Shown one piece after another: positions 1 to 12,077 of a stretch of DNA of 64,000 bases. Location: NCBI GenBank assembly GCA_951406725.2, contig OX597820.1, positions 43,028,001-43,092,000 of the forward strand, written 5' to 3'. The position numbers and the translations under genes were made by a program. Source of the DNA: Octopus vulgaris. Taxonomy: Eukaryota. The notes beneath the pieces are model-generated. The model did not search any database and was not told the origin of the DNA. It was given only the letters and a program-made list of their open reading frames with translations. Numbering within the stretch: position 1 is the stretch's first letter; each line of letters begins with the position of its first letter.

Positions 1-54
1 TCCTCTTACTATTCCGAAACTTTGTGTTCCTAGCCTAGCACAACCCTTCCTAAA

Positions 55-466
55 CTCTCTTTTACTCTTTTACTTGTTTCAGTCATTTGACTGCGGTCAT
101 ACTGGAGCACCACCTTTAGTCGAGCAAATCGACCCCAGGACTTATTCTTTGTAAGCCCAGTACTTATTCTATCGGTCTCTTTTACCGAACCGCTAAGTGA
201 CGGGGACGTAAACACACCAGCATCAATTGTCAAGCAATGCTAGAGGGACAAACACAGAGACACAAACATACACACACATACATATATATATATACATATA
301 TACGACGGGCCTCTTTCAGTTTCCGTCTACCAAATCCACTCACAAGGCATTGGTCGGCCCGAGGCTATAGCAGAAGACACTTGCCCAAGGTGCCACGCAG
401 TGGGACTGAACCCGGAACCATATGGTTGGTAAGCAAGCTACTTACCACACAGCCACACCTGCGCCT
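55..466 (-). mobile_element. tRNA-derived SINE (SINE-1), full length
   Basis: Minus strand starts AGGCGCAGGTGTGGCTGTGTGGTAAG (A-box-like), then GGTTCAGTCCC (B-box-like), a CORE-like GGCACCTTGGGCAAGTG, an internal TA/CA tract, a CAGTCAAATGACTG hairpin and a GTAAAAGA tail. Several homologous copies occur in the window. Confidence 0.9.
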
Positions 467-998
467 ATTCACTTTTATTATCTTTTTCTTAGGAAACATT
501 CCAATTTTTCCTCTTTCTCAAAACACCTTCTCTCTTTTCCTGCCAAGAAATAATGTATCACTGTCACAAACAACCTCTCAAAGGAGATGGAAACAATTGG
601 TCACATATTATCTTACATATCGGTACACACTTCTTATGATTTAAGAACTACTTAGGATCTGCTCTTTTATGTCACAAGGTACTGTCGCATGGCTCTTGAG
701 AAATTCAACGAACATTATTTCGTGGCATTTGATATTATCTCTACATTTGTTGACATTAGACTGTCCTAACTTTTCTTCCCACCACCTAGTTGTGTGTGAG
801 TCTGTGTGTGCGTGCGTGCATGTGTGTGTATGTGCGTGCGAGTCCGTGTGTATGTATATATGTACGCATGTATGTATGTATGTATGGACGTATATTAAAG
901 TTTGTCCTTCTGTTCAGTTGTAATAAGAACACTATTACATTAATGAGATTGGTTAGTCTACGCTTTTGAAAAGTACAAATTTATTATACTTTAACAAT

Positions 999-1400
999 GG
1001 GCGCAGGAATGGCTGTGTGATAAGTAGCTTGCTTACCAACCACATGGTTCCGGGTTCGGTACCACTGCATGGCACCTTGGGCAAGTGTTTTCTACTATAG
1101 CTTCGGGCCGACCAAAGCCTTGTGAGTGGATTCGATAGACGGAAACTGAAAGAAGCCCGTCGTATATATGTACATATATATGTAGACGTGTGTATATGTT
1201 TGTGTCTGTGTTTGTCCTCCCAACATTGCTTGGTAACCGATGCTAGTGTGTTTACGTCCCCGTAACTTAGTGGTTCGGCAAAAGAGACCGATAGAATAAG
1301 TACTAGGCTCACAAAGAATAAGTCCTGGGGTCGATTTGCTTGACTAAAAACGGTGCTCCAGCATAGCCGCAGTCAAATGACTGAAACAAGTAAAAGAGTA
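999..1400 (+). mobile_element. SINE-1, full length
   Basis: Colinear reverse-complement match to 55-466 along its whole length. Confidence 0.9.
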
Positions 1401-2065
1401 AGAAATTATATCAAGAGCAACTTTGAAGTTTCGGTCAGCTGAGCCATCGATCGGACTGCAATGCATTGAAGTTAATCTTGGCTTTATATACTCTCTGTTA
1501 GGTTACAATCTTCCTTTGAGTAGGTTTGAGTGGAGTAGTAATTAGGCTGTAGGTTGTTTTGTGATGGAAAGGTCTTTTAAAGAAAACTCTAATCTTTAAG
1601 TTTGGGTTTTCTGTTATCGTTTAGAATATACACTCATACATGTAAAGCTGTATAAGCTGTTGTGTATGTTGAGGTGTCCCCGCTCCCCACTCAGATCATG
1701 CGTTTGTTTTTAAGTGGTTCACAAAAGGATGTAGGTTAGTAGAGTATGTGCTAGTAGTTTTAGCTACTTCCGGTTTTATTGGTTTTAATTCTTTCCTTTG
1801 TCATTGAAAAGTACCAGTTTTTAAATTTTAGTCCGTTCTTTAAAAACATAGTAATTAAGTACACCAACATTTTTGTAAGGTAATTACAAAGTGTTTTAGT
1901 TGGTCTGTTCTTTATTTCTTATTGTTGTTGTTAGGATATTTCCAGTCTGTATTTAGAGGGTGTGGGTTATTAATCTTATATGTCATGGTGTAGATATTTG
2001 TTTACCTTGTGCTTTGATACATTATTTATATTTGACGGATATTTGTCCTCATCTTGTTTGTTGTT

Positions 2066-2111
2066 AACACAAAGTTACGGCTGATATACTCTCCAGCCTT
2101 CATGAGGTGTC
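2066..2111 (-). ncRNA. Decayed minimal hammerhead ribozyme (family A)
   Basis: GACAC-CTCATGA-A-GGCTG[GAGAGTATAT]CAGCC-GTAAC-TTT-GTGTT. Same stems as 3255-3304 but with substituted core positions. Confidence 0.65.
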
Positions 2112-2157
2112 TTGGGGAAATTTCGAACCTGGGTTCTCATTCCTAAGGTATTTTTTG

Positions 2158-2565
2158 ATCTTCTTCTTCTTCTTCTTCTTTTCTTCTTCTTCTTCTTCTT
2201 CTTCTTCTTCTTCTTCTTCTTCTTCTTCTTCTTCTTCTTCTTCTTCTTCTTCTTCTTCTTCTTTTCTTCTTCTTCTTTTCTTCTTCTTTTCTTCTTCTTC
2301 TTCTTTCTTCTTCTTCTTCTTCTTCTTCTTCTTTTCTTCTTCTTCTTCTTCTTCTTCTTCTTCTTCTTCTTCTTCTTCTTCTTTTCTTCTTCTTCTTTTC
2401 TTCTTCTTCTTCTTCTTCTTCTTCTTCTTCTTCTTCTTCTTCTTCTTCTTCTTCTTCTTTTCTTCTTCTTCTTTTCTTCTTCTTCTTCTTCTTCTTCTTC
2501 TTCTTCTTCTTCTTCTTCTTCTTCTTCTTCTTCTTCTTCTTCTTCTTCTTCTTCTTCTTCTTCTT

Positions 2566-2596
<31 letters not shown>
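2158..2596 (+). repeat. (TTC)n / (GAA)n microsatellite, about 440 bp
   Basis: Direct reading; near-pure with occasional single-base slips. Confidence 0.98.
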
Positions 2597-2598
2597 AT

Positions 2599-2630
<32 letters not shown>

Positions 2631-2635
2631 TTATT

Positions 2636-3077
2636 GAGTGAGAGAGCAGTGCATGCCATCAAAGTGACACTGGGATAAAATATACGAAGCCCAATATACC
2701 CATCATGACTACCCGTCTGATAAGGGTACACCAGGCACATGCATCACAACCATATGTGCGCGACATAGTGATCTCATATCAAGATAAACAGCACATGTCC
2801 TTGCAGGTGGGGCCCAGTTAGAATTTTCTTCAGGTTGAGTAGCCCATCCCGCTCAAAAGGTCCCTGAATAAGGGTTGTTTAAGGATGTTGAAAGAACCAC
2901 CCATGTTTCCAGAGGTGAATTATTCAAACCCCAAATAATCCCTCTCAACACATGGCTATGATGCTCCCCCACTACTTCTGCTCGTGATCAGAGATGCACA
3001 TATCGGCAGCCACTAAGGGACATGCTCAAATGGTTAAGGTCAAACAACTGACAAGCAAATCTGTGGTATTGAGCAGA
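2636..3077 (-). mobile_element. Non-coding interspersed element embedded in (TAA)n, 5'-truncated copy
   Basis: Reverse-complement match to about 50420-50863; flanked on both sides by (TAT)n. Confidence 0.85.
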
Positions 3078-3158
<81 letters not shown>

Positions 3159-3163
<5 letters not shown>

Positions 3164-3230
3164 TCACTGCCTGGAATCGAACTCGGAATCTTGGGGTCAG
3201 TAGCCTACGCTCTTAACCACTACGTCATAT
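3159..3230 (-). promoter_or_regulatory. tRNA-derived Pol III promoter head (A and B boxes)
   Basis: Minus strand ATATGACGTAGTGGTTAAGAGCG...CCGAGTTCGATTCCAGG with tRNA-like box spacing; no good acceptor or anticodon stem. Confidence 0.75.
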
Positions 3231-3254
3231 ACACAAGTTCGAAATTTCCCCCAA

Positions 3255-3304
3255 GACACCTGATGAAGGCTGGAGGGTATGTATATCAGCCGAAACGTTG
3301 TGTT
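3255..3304 (+). ncRNA. Minimal type-I hammerhead ribozyme, canonical core (family A)
   Basis: Stem I GACAC/GTGTT, core CTGATGA (3260-3266), stem II GGCTG/CAGCC, then GAAAC-GTT. Stem III is reduced to the palindrome ACGT. Predicted cleavage after 3299. Confidence 0.8.
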
Positions 3305-5117
3305 AACAACAAACAAGATCAGGACAAATATCAGTGAAATGTAAATAATGTTCAGAATTCCTCATCTCTTAAATATAAAATTATGCTTTGATGTTCACAA
3401 AAAAGAAAGGGTAGTTGTAAAGCTTGTTACTTTGCATGTTTCTTTCCAGGAGTTCATTGTTCTCTAAGTAATTTGATTAATATGCAGAAATATAAATCTT
3501 TGAATTTTATGGGAATAGAGTGTGAGTGATATAAGTTAATAAATATTTCTTCAATTTTTGTTTTAAAAGTGGGTGTTTTATAACATATTATTTTAGGCCT
3601 ATGGATATAATATATTATTTAAGGCCTATGGATGCTGAAAGTGCAGCATAATAAGAAGTGCGTATGTGATTTGAAGGGAACACACCTAAACATACACACC
3701 TGCATACAATATCTACATACACGAATGACTTCTAAACAATTGCTTAATACCGAATATAACGAATAAAAGACCCGCCCTGCAGCTTAATTACTAAGAATAT
3801 ATAGAGCTAAGATTAACTCGAGTACATCGCAGTTCGACTTTCACGTAGCTGCCACATACTTCGAAGTCACTCTCAATAATTTTTTCGTTTCAGATGTATA
3901 TACATATTTGCATGCATGTATGTGCGTTTGTATGTATGTATGTATGCATGTATGTATGTATGTATGGATGGATGGATGGATGGATGGATGGACGTATGTA
4001 TGCATGTATGTATGAATGCATGCATGTATGCATGCATGCATGCATGCATGTATGCATGTGTGTTTGTATTATGTATGTATGTATGTATGTATGTTTGTAT
4101 GCATGCGTGTTTGTATTTCATTATTCAGTTTTATTTCAAAATGTCTTACCAATAGAGAAAGAGCCGGTTTCTAACCTAAATCCAATGCTTCTTCATTGGA
4201 ATTTTATTAACAACAGGGTATTTTTGCATGTATGTGTGTATATGTGCAGTATTTGGAGTCAGTGCATGTGCAGATTTGTATGTTTTGTAATATATATATA
4301 TGTGTATTCTTATGCATATAGTTGTGTGTCTAGACATGCTTAAATGATAGTCTTCTGGCAAGTTTTACAAATTCTTACAATTCCATTGACGGTTGTATGT
4401 ATGTATGCATGCAAGGTATCGAAGTCTGAATTGCAAATCATACAATAAATATCAGGTTTTCGATTGAGATGAAAATATTACCGCAAAAATACAAATATTC
4501 TAAAACGGATATTAAGCATTTCATTCTACGATTTTTTCACACAACGCCACAAAAAATACGATAAATTTAGCTTAAATCAACATTCCTCTTCTTAGGTTTT
4601 AGTTTTATATTTTGCAGAGAATGTTTATTTAAAACAAATGATTCTGTCATTGAATAAATACAGAAGATTCTTTAAAATTGTGTTGGTCGTAAGGTGAATT
4701 GCACCACGTTGTAATATATTTTATTAATTCCTTAGTAACAAATTCTACATGTTGATATTTCAGTATTATATGTTGTAGCATTAAAGATAATGTTTGTCCT
4801 AATCAAGCATGAAAATATAACGGTTTTTTAAAAATTTATACCCATTCAAATAAACAAATATTGTAGTACAGATAAACACACGTAGACATGCACACATGCG
4901 CGCGCACTCACTCGCACACACAGTACTCACGTATATAAAGAGAGAGGGATAGAGAGGGGAGATAAAGAGAGAAAACATGCATTTAGAGACCTATAAGCGA
5001 ATAAAAGCCTCAGTTCAGATACTGAACTTGCTAAAAACAGCAGCCACATCTTCATATCGAGAGAAGGTGAAGCAAATTGGATATTGTGCTCTATGTACAT
5101 AACGATTGTCATCAAAG

Positions 5118-5502
5118 CATGTGGCTATGTGCTAAAAAGCTTGCTACTCAAATAGTTGGTTCCCGGTTCAGTCCCACTGCGTGGCACCTTTGGTAACTGT
5201 CTTCTATATAGCCTCTGGTCGCCCAAGGCCTTGTGAGTGGATTTGGTAGATAGAAACAAAAACAGAAGAGGGTGGCGAGCTGGAAGAAACGTTAGTATTC
5301 CGAGCGAAATGTTTAGCGGCATTTCGTCTGCCGTTACGTTCTGAGTTCAAATTCTGCCGAGGTCGACTTTGCCTTTCATCCTTTCGGGGTCGATAAATTA
5401 AGTATCAGTTACGCACTGGAGACGATGTAATCAACTTAATCCCTTTGTCTGCTGTTTAGACCCTTGTGGGCAATAAAGAAATAAGAAACAGAAGCCGTCG
5501 TA
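5118..5502 (+). mobile_element. SINE-1 5' half interrupted by a SINE-2 insertion
   Basis: SINE-1 head runs 5118-5268 and resumes as CCGTCGTATAT after 5494. Confidence 0.8.
5269..5485 (+). mobile_element. tRNA-related SINE (SINE-2) with 9-bp TSD
   Basis: GGCGAGCTGG..GAAACGTTAG head, GAGTTCAAAT B-box-like motif and conserved GTCGACTTTGCCTTTCATCCTTTCGGGGTCGAT body. AAACAGAAG occurs at 5260-5268 and 5486-5494. Confidence 0.88.
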
Positions 5503-5508
5503 TATATT

Positions 5509-5640
5509 ACCACATGGTTCCGGGTTCAATCCCACTGCGTGGCACTTTGGGCCGACTATATCCTCGGGCCGACCAATGCTTTGGGAGCTGATTTGGTAGA
5601 CGGAAACTGAAAGAAGCCCGTCGTATACACACACACACAC
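5509..5640 (+). mobile_element. SINE-1 fragment
   Basis: ACCACATGGTTCCGGGTTC...GGAAACTGAAAGAAGCCCGTCG matches other copies, with an internal deletion. Confidence 0.8.
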
Positions 5641-5883
5641 TCATATATATATATACGCGAGCGCGCGTTCTTGAACTGATGACGGTTTAGGATTATGCTT
5701 TCTAAATTTGTAACATCTATAACTTCTAATTTAGGGGTTATCCTCCTCCACAAAACCAAGCTTAGAAGCTATCATTGCTACGTCGAATAGGTACAAATAA
5801 AGAAATAATATTCGTAAACCTTCATCTGTAACCAACGTGAGAAACTTTGAACACAAGCCCTGAAAACCCCATTGTACCTTATA

Positions 5884-5942
<59 letters not shown>

Positions 5943-5955
5943 ATGTCTTTGTGTG

Positions 5956-5987
<32 letters not shown>

Positions 5988-6628
5988 AGTGTGTGTGTTT
6001 GTGTATGTAAATACAGAACATAGAAAGAGAGAGATAGACAGACAAACAGATTGATAGATTTTAATATATATTCATTTAAATGGGGGGGGGGGGCATACGT
6101 ACGTCTGCGTATACGCATATGATTTGTGTGACTAGTATTTGTCTGTGTAATATCTATTTAAATATCCCCAGCAATGAGTACATTAAAATAGATAGCTCAT
6201 AAAACATAACAAGATGCATTTCTTTGAAGTGATTTCGAACTTTCCCACTAAATTATTATTATACTGAATTGCAATTTTGGAATCTAAATCATGCAAAGAG
6301 TAGAGCACATGGAAACAAATATAGTGATATAAATGAAATATAACTACATATATTCATGATCAACAGTGCATAAGGGCAGAAAACACCAAAAAAGGTAGAA
6401 ATTAATCTAACAGTTAACAGAGAATGCTCTGAGTCGACTACGGTATTTTTACACCTTTTTTGCCTAAAGCGAGAATTTTTTCCTCCAAATGAGCTGCAAT
6501 CAAAATGCCTGAAGGGTTTCAAATATCTCCGAAAGATATTTCAAACCATTTAGATTTTGTTTGGTTTCCATCACTGCTTCGGGCAACAATTCACTAATTA
6601 TTAATATGCTTATTTATGATGAGGACTC

Positions 6629-6822
6629 TGAGCTGGCAGAATCGTTAGCAGCCTGGGCAAAATTCTTAATGGCATTCCGTCCATCGTTAAGCTCTAAGTT
6701 CAAATTCCTTCGAGGTTGACTTTGACTTTCTTCCGTTTTAAGTACCATTTGTGCACTGAAGTTCATGTAATCAACTTAGCACATCTCCCTAAATTTTTTG
6801 CCTTGTTCCAAAATTTGAAACA
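6629..6822 (+). mobile_element. SINE-2, diverged
   Basis: GAGCTGGCAGAATCGTTAGC...AGTTCAAATTCC...CCTTGTTCCAAAATTTGAAAC. Confidence 0.7.
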
Positions 6823-7238
6823 AATGTGTTCATTTGTAACATATACGCTGTGTTTTCCAAAATCGGTTTATTTAGAAAAATGTAACCATTTTCAAAGAAT
6901 GTACTATCTTCGACAATAGATCATACAGTCCACCGATGTTCAAACTTAAGCTCTGTGACTGGAGTTAAGGAATTAGTGTAGCGTTCGAATGAAGGATGCA
7001 TAGAATTTGCTGGCGGTATATGTGCTAGTATCTATCGTTTGACGTATGCCAAAAAGTATAGTGCTAAAATAGGAGGAATCTATCATCTTGAGAATATGGC
7101 TCCAGAGAGTATCAGTGTATTTGAACCTTCCGTTTAACTTGTGGATAAAACAAACGGGTTCCAATAGAATTGAGTGCAGTAAAGATCCAGTTGGTAGAAG
7201 CCAGAGAAATACATAGACCAAGAGTATATGTCTCTTAG

Positions 7239-7299
<61 letters not shown>

Positions 7300-7491
7300 T
7301 ATAGATATATATATATATACATATATACATACAACATTATGGCTGCAAGTAAGAACTATCAGATGAAGGAGAGAATATTTCCATATGAAGTTTTAAATAG
7401 ATTTAAATATATCAGAAGGATAAATGGCTTTAAAACTATATCGATTCTCCAAGTTGATATTCAAAAACGTCAACTTCTAAATATATATATA

Positions 7492-7531
<40 letters not shown>

Positions 7532-7740
7532 CTATATTAAATCTCTGAGCGGGATATAAACAGCAGCAGTACAGAATCGTAGCATATAATTGCAAATCAA
7601 GTGTGGCGTTCTATACAAAACAGTGCTACTGACCTATATATCCCCAGGAAGGCATCTCTTCCAGCTGGCAACTGGCTAACGACACTCATTCTGTGTCCGA
7701 TTAGTATTTGCAAGAAGAGGTCATCGCTACCTTACGTGAA

Positions 7741-7787
7741 ACAGACGGACTCGAGTTTCTGGGTGGCTACCCGTCATCGGTGTGAGT
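7741..7787 (-). ncRNA. Minimal hammerhead motif, CCGAUGA core (family E)
   Basis: CCGATGA-C-GGGT[AGCC]ACCC-A-GAAAC-TCGA-GTC. Stem III is the perfect palindrome ACTCGAGT; stem I is poorly paired. Confidence 0.6.
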
Positions 7788-7894
7788 TAATCAGCAGCTA
7801 GTGATGAAAAATCATTCCTCTCGCAAAATCATATATGATTTTTTCAGCAACAAATTGCCGCTGATCTCGAACAAGGAGAAATAAAGTATATTAA

Positions 7895-7983
<89 letters not shown>

Positions 7984-8039
7984 ACAAATTTTCTGCAAGT
8001 GTGTATATATATATATGTATGTATGTATATATATATATA

Positions 8040-8258
8040 TAAAGTTAATCCAAACAAGAAAGCACAAAAAAAAACACAACAACGCGAGGACGTGGAACAA
8101 ATATAGTATTATTGGACGCTCAGGAAAGAAGGAAAGAAGGAGGGTTTAACGTTTCGAGCGGAGCTCTTCATCGGAAACATAGGAAAAGGAAAGATCCAGA
8201 GAAAGGAAGACAGAGGAAAAGAAATCGCCAACGGTATACACGAGGTCACATTTTGAAA
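8040..8258 (-). mobile_element. Short hammerhead-bearing repeat (family B) inserted in (TA)n
   Basis: Homologous to about 29757-29960; TA repeats on both sides. Confidence 0.75.
8144..8178 (-). ncRNA. Minimal hammerhead motif, CCGAUGA core (family B)
   Basis: GTTT-CCGATGA-A-GAGC[TCC]GCTC-GAAAC-GTT-AAAC; stems I and II fully paired. Confidence 0.72.
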
Positions 8259-8559
8259 TATATATATATATATATATATATATTGATATATATATATATA
8301 TGTGTGTGTATGTGTCTGTGCATATACATATGAGATCCAAGGATCACGTTCTCGTCGAATCTTCTATGCATTGACATGTACCTCATTGCGATAATGTAGA
8401 CTTACAGTACATTTAATCAAGATCCGCTTGGCGGGATGAGTTGCTTGTGGTATACACCTCGCATGGATATTTACCATTTCTGAGTTTCCGCTCGCTATGA
8501 TGCATATGTAGCCCGGATCTATGTATGTATGTATATGTATGTGTGTTTAAATACTCGAA

Positions 8560-8780
8560 GATGGTGGGAAGGCAGAATCGTTAAGGCCCCAGAAACGTTA
8601 AGACTTAGCGTATTTCGTCTGAGTTCATGCCCTGGGTTCATTTTCCACCAATCTACAACTCTCCCTGTCATTAGTTCAGGGTTGATAAAATAAATAGCAG
8701 TTGAGCAAGAGGGTCGATATAATCGACTAGCCCCCGTCCCTACAATTTCAAGCCCTGTGCCCATAGCAAAAAGACTCATT
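8560..8780 (+). mobile_element. SINE-2, diverged
   Basis: GGCAGAATCGTTAAG head and GGGTCGATATAATCGACT...GCCCTGTGCC 3' part. Confidence 0.6.
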
Positions 8781-9191
8781 TAAGTGTTAAATCAACACTT
8801 CTGCCTGTAAGGCAAATTCTAAGACAGATTCAACGGGACACTGTGTGTAAGATCAATATTTCATTTATAGGAACAGCCCATGAAACCCACACCCGTAGTG
8901 TTTTTATCTGCAAAATTATATTCACAAGCCTTATGTCGATACGAAGTTATGATAAATACACAAAACGCGTAGCAGTAAGATCGAAACCGGGGTCTTGTAA
9001 TACAAAGCGAACTGCTTAAACATAGAGCATGCTGCATTCATATAAATATACATCAAACACAAAAACATACGCACAAAAAATAATTACATATGAACATACA
9101 CATACATTTATACTCTCTTATAACTGTCATAGATATATCTATTATATAAATATGTGTATAAGATGCCAAATACTTTACTGAGCATTATATA

Positions 9192-9228
<37 letters not shown>

Positions 9229-11543
9229 TCACACAAACAACACATATATGTTTATGTCGATGTAATCAGAAGTTGGTCTTTAATAAGTTTTCAAGAAGAT
9301 TTGTCATCGTATATTGCGTACGTATGCATACATATATACATAGATGCATGCATATCTACATACATAGATGCATACATGCATAATACATACATACACACAT
9401 ACACACATGCATGCATGCATACTTACCTATATAGATGCATACGTACGTACCTATAAATGTAAAATATCTGTTGGCTGTTATAAATGAAATATAGATTTGA
9501 AGACTGCGTGGATTGGTTTACCACATGCAAAATTCCTTCTTCATTTATTATCACCTACATCAAAATTCCAAATAACTATCTCGACCAATCAGATTTCTTA
9601 AAGTAGGATGGGCTCTTACGTTAATAATATTGTTTCAAGAGAACTTTTAACCAATTGTCGCCAACGATTTGCCATTAAATTCTAAAGCGCAGCTGCAAAT
9701 TTGTTGATATTAAAATTCTTTATAGGAATGTCGTTAGCAATACATACATGCATCATTAATAATATCAAGTGAAGCAGGTGATGTCTTCATTTTATCTTGC
9801 CATTTGTAATGTTCTTGTGAATTCTCTCTCTCTCGCTGTTGCTCTCTGTTTCTCTCTCCCTTTCTCTGTTTTTCCCTTTCTCTTCTATATTACTTCTGCA
9901 TTTCTGATTATGTTTCCAACGAGACAACACGAATATCACCGACGTCAACGACAACGACAACGACAACGAAAACGACGCTGCCGACAGCAACATCAGCGAT
10001 TAACTCAGGTGACTCTAGTGTTGCCTACACGAATGTGGATGAGGAGAGGTGGAGGAGCTAATAAATTCACGAAGGCGATATTGACAGCAATAACGACGAC
10101 AACGGCGTTGACGGTGTTGGTGTTGGAGTTGGTGTTGCTGGTGGTGGTGGTGGTGGTGGTGGTAGCGGCGGTGATGGCTATAACAAAGAGGACGATGGCG
10201 AGGATTATACTTGTGATGAAGAGGATAATATTAATGACGACGACTAACATGATGACGACAATGAATAATGAGGAGGAGCAGGATCTTTATGACGAAGAAA
10301 ATTATATTGAATATGGACGATACCCATGCTATTTCTAATGCTAAAAGTTAAGGAGTAGGATTGTGACAACGGCGATGAGGAGGAGGACAACTACGACGTC
10401 AACAAAAAGACGATGATGATAATGATGACGTGTTATTTATGATTTTGCTCGTTATAATGGTGTTAGTTGTGATGCTGATGCTGATGATATTGATGATTAT
10501 GATAATGAGGAAATGAGGAGGAGGAGGAGGAGGAGGAGGGGAAGTAGAGGTGGAAGATATTGATAATGATAAATACAAACCACTGTTATTTTCATTAAAT
10601 TACAAGAATACAAAGGGATGCAAGAATGGCTACAAATATTTATATTAAATATTTGTTAGGAAAAAAATAAATAAAAGACATACCACTGAATAAGCTGAAA
10701 CTATTACTAGAACATTTTCGAAATTTGTTTTTTTTTTAAATATCGAATTAACTTGAAAACTTTGCAAATAAAACAAAAAAAAAAAACAACCTATAAAGCA
10801 GATAACGAAAGTGAAAATGAATACGCAATAGTGCGACAAATGATTCTTTCTGGACCTAATTTCAAAATTAACCCGACATATTATTTATATAGGGTTATCC
10901 TTAACCATAATTATTGCTTTGCAACTGGATATGAGCTGGTAGCATATATCATCCTTTCACAAATTGTTTTAGTAGCTTATGTAGCCGCGCACAGGCGGAA
11001 GCACTTTACCAGTTCAATCGTGAAAAAAGAAAAAAATTAGTTTTATACAAAGGTACGTGTCGGTATATATAAGAGCCAACGTATTCAAACAATATGGATA
11101 TTGCCTTTTTATACGTCAGAGGTTACATTATCCAAAGAGTCCTCTTCTATTTTGCTGTGTTTACGGGCCATTGTAATTTATCCGAAGAGGATACACATAA
11201 TTTAATGTTATATGTGACATCTCCAAAAGACTTGTTCATCATTGGTATCTGTATAGGTTATCAAAATAAACTACATATTACGCAAATCAATGTGCATCGC
11301 ATTACCAGAGGGGGGAACATAGGTTTCCCCAATATACAATCTAAAAAGATAACCAAAGTTACTAAAAATAGAAGACTTGATGGACTTATGAACGTCGCTT
11401 TTTGTTGTGACCACAAACGCCAACCAGCAGGGTACTACTCACAAGTTTCAAATTAAGTTCTGTTCAAACAAGCCAAAGTAATTGTATTTTCATTGATTTT
11501 CAATTGCTGATGTTAACTTTTGGTCTAGCAGAAGTATTACTAA

Positions 11544-12026
11544 CTAGCGGGACCTGTGAAAATTTCACGGGATTAATGGAAAATCTATTGGGTTGTTTCT
11601 GAAAATTTTATCCAAGAAATCTGAAATTATAGCCGGTGTTTTGTCTGTATGGAAAGATACTCGCGCATCTACTACTCATTGCAAATTGAAAGAAATTGGA
11701 ATATGAATAATATTTAATGTACTTTATATATACATTTTATATACTTTATGCACAATTTTATAGACTTAATACACAGAATTCATAAAATAAATATTTACTC
11801 TTATTTTTCCATGTTTCCCGTAAAAAAAAACGCCGTGCATATGATACAACCTTTAGTTAAATTGCATATATCTGCCATGTAAATAAAGGTGAACATTTCA
11901 CGAAATTGCACTTATGCGCAATGTAGGTGATGTAAAAACCTGAGTTCAATTTTTTAAAAATACACTTTCCACTATCCACTTACCACCACCACATCATCAT
12001 TTCTCTCCCCTTCTCTCTCCCTTCTC

Positions 12027-12077
<51 letters not shown>

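Larger units (their letters stand above)
2019..3383 (-). mobile_element. Composite non-autonomous retroelement (family A): tRNA-derived head, microsatellite linker, hammerhead tail and inverted tail copy
   Basis: Direct repeat TGCTTTGAT at 2010-2018 and 3384-3392 (candidate TSD). Segments 2019-2130 and 3235-3351 are inverted copies. A tRNA-like head lies at 3159-3230 on the minus strand. Confidence 0.75.

Noticed and set aside
237-1312. 135-aa and 119-aa ORFs with similar sequence
   Set aside because: Both are antisense readings of SINE-1 copies, not paralogous genes.
1401-2009. Strand-biased complex sequence, possibly an old LINE interrupted by the family A element
   Set aside because: No translatable motif found; family cannot be supported.
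2107-2637. Poly-Ser/Phe/Leu/Lys ORFs
   Set aside because: Translations of the (TTC)n tract.
3159-3230. Possible tRNA gene
   Set aside because: A and B boxes are present but acceptor and anticodon stems do not pair; better explained as a SINE head.
5770-5850. Minus-strand CAGATGAAGG resembling family D
   Set aside because: No GAAAC partner or stems; too decayed to call.
9769-10570. 189-aa ORF with hydrophobic runs
   Set aside because: Built from degenerate trinucleotide repeats; no recognisable domain or splice context.
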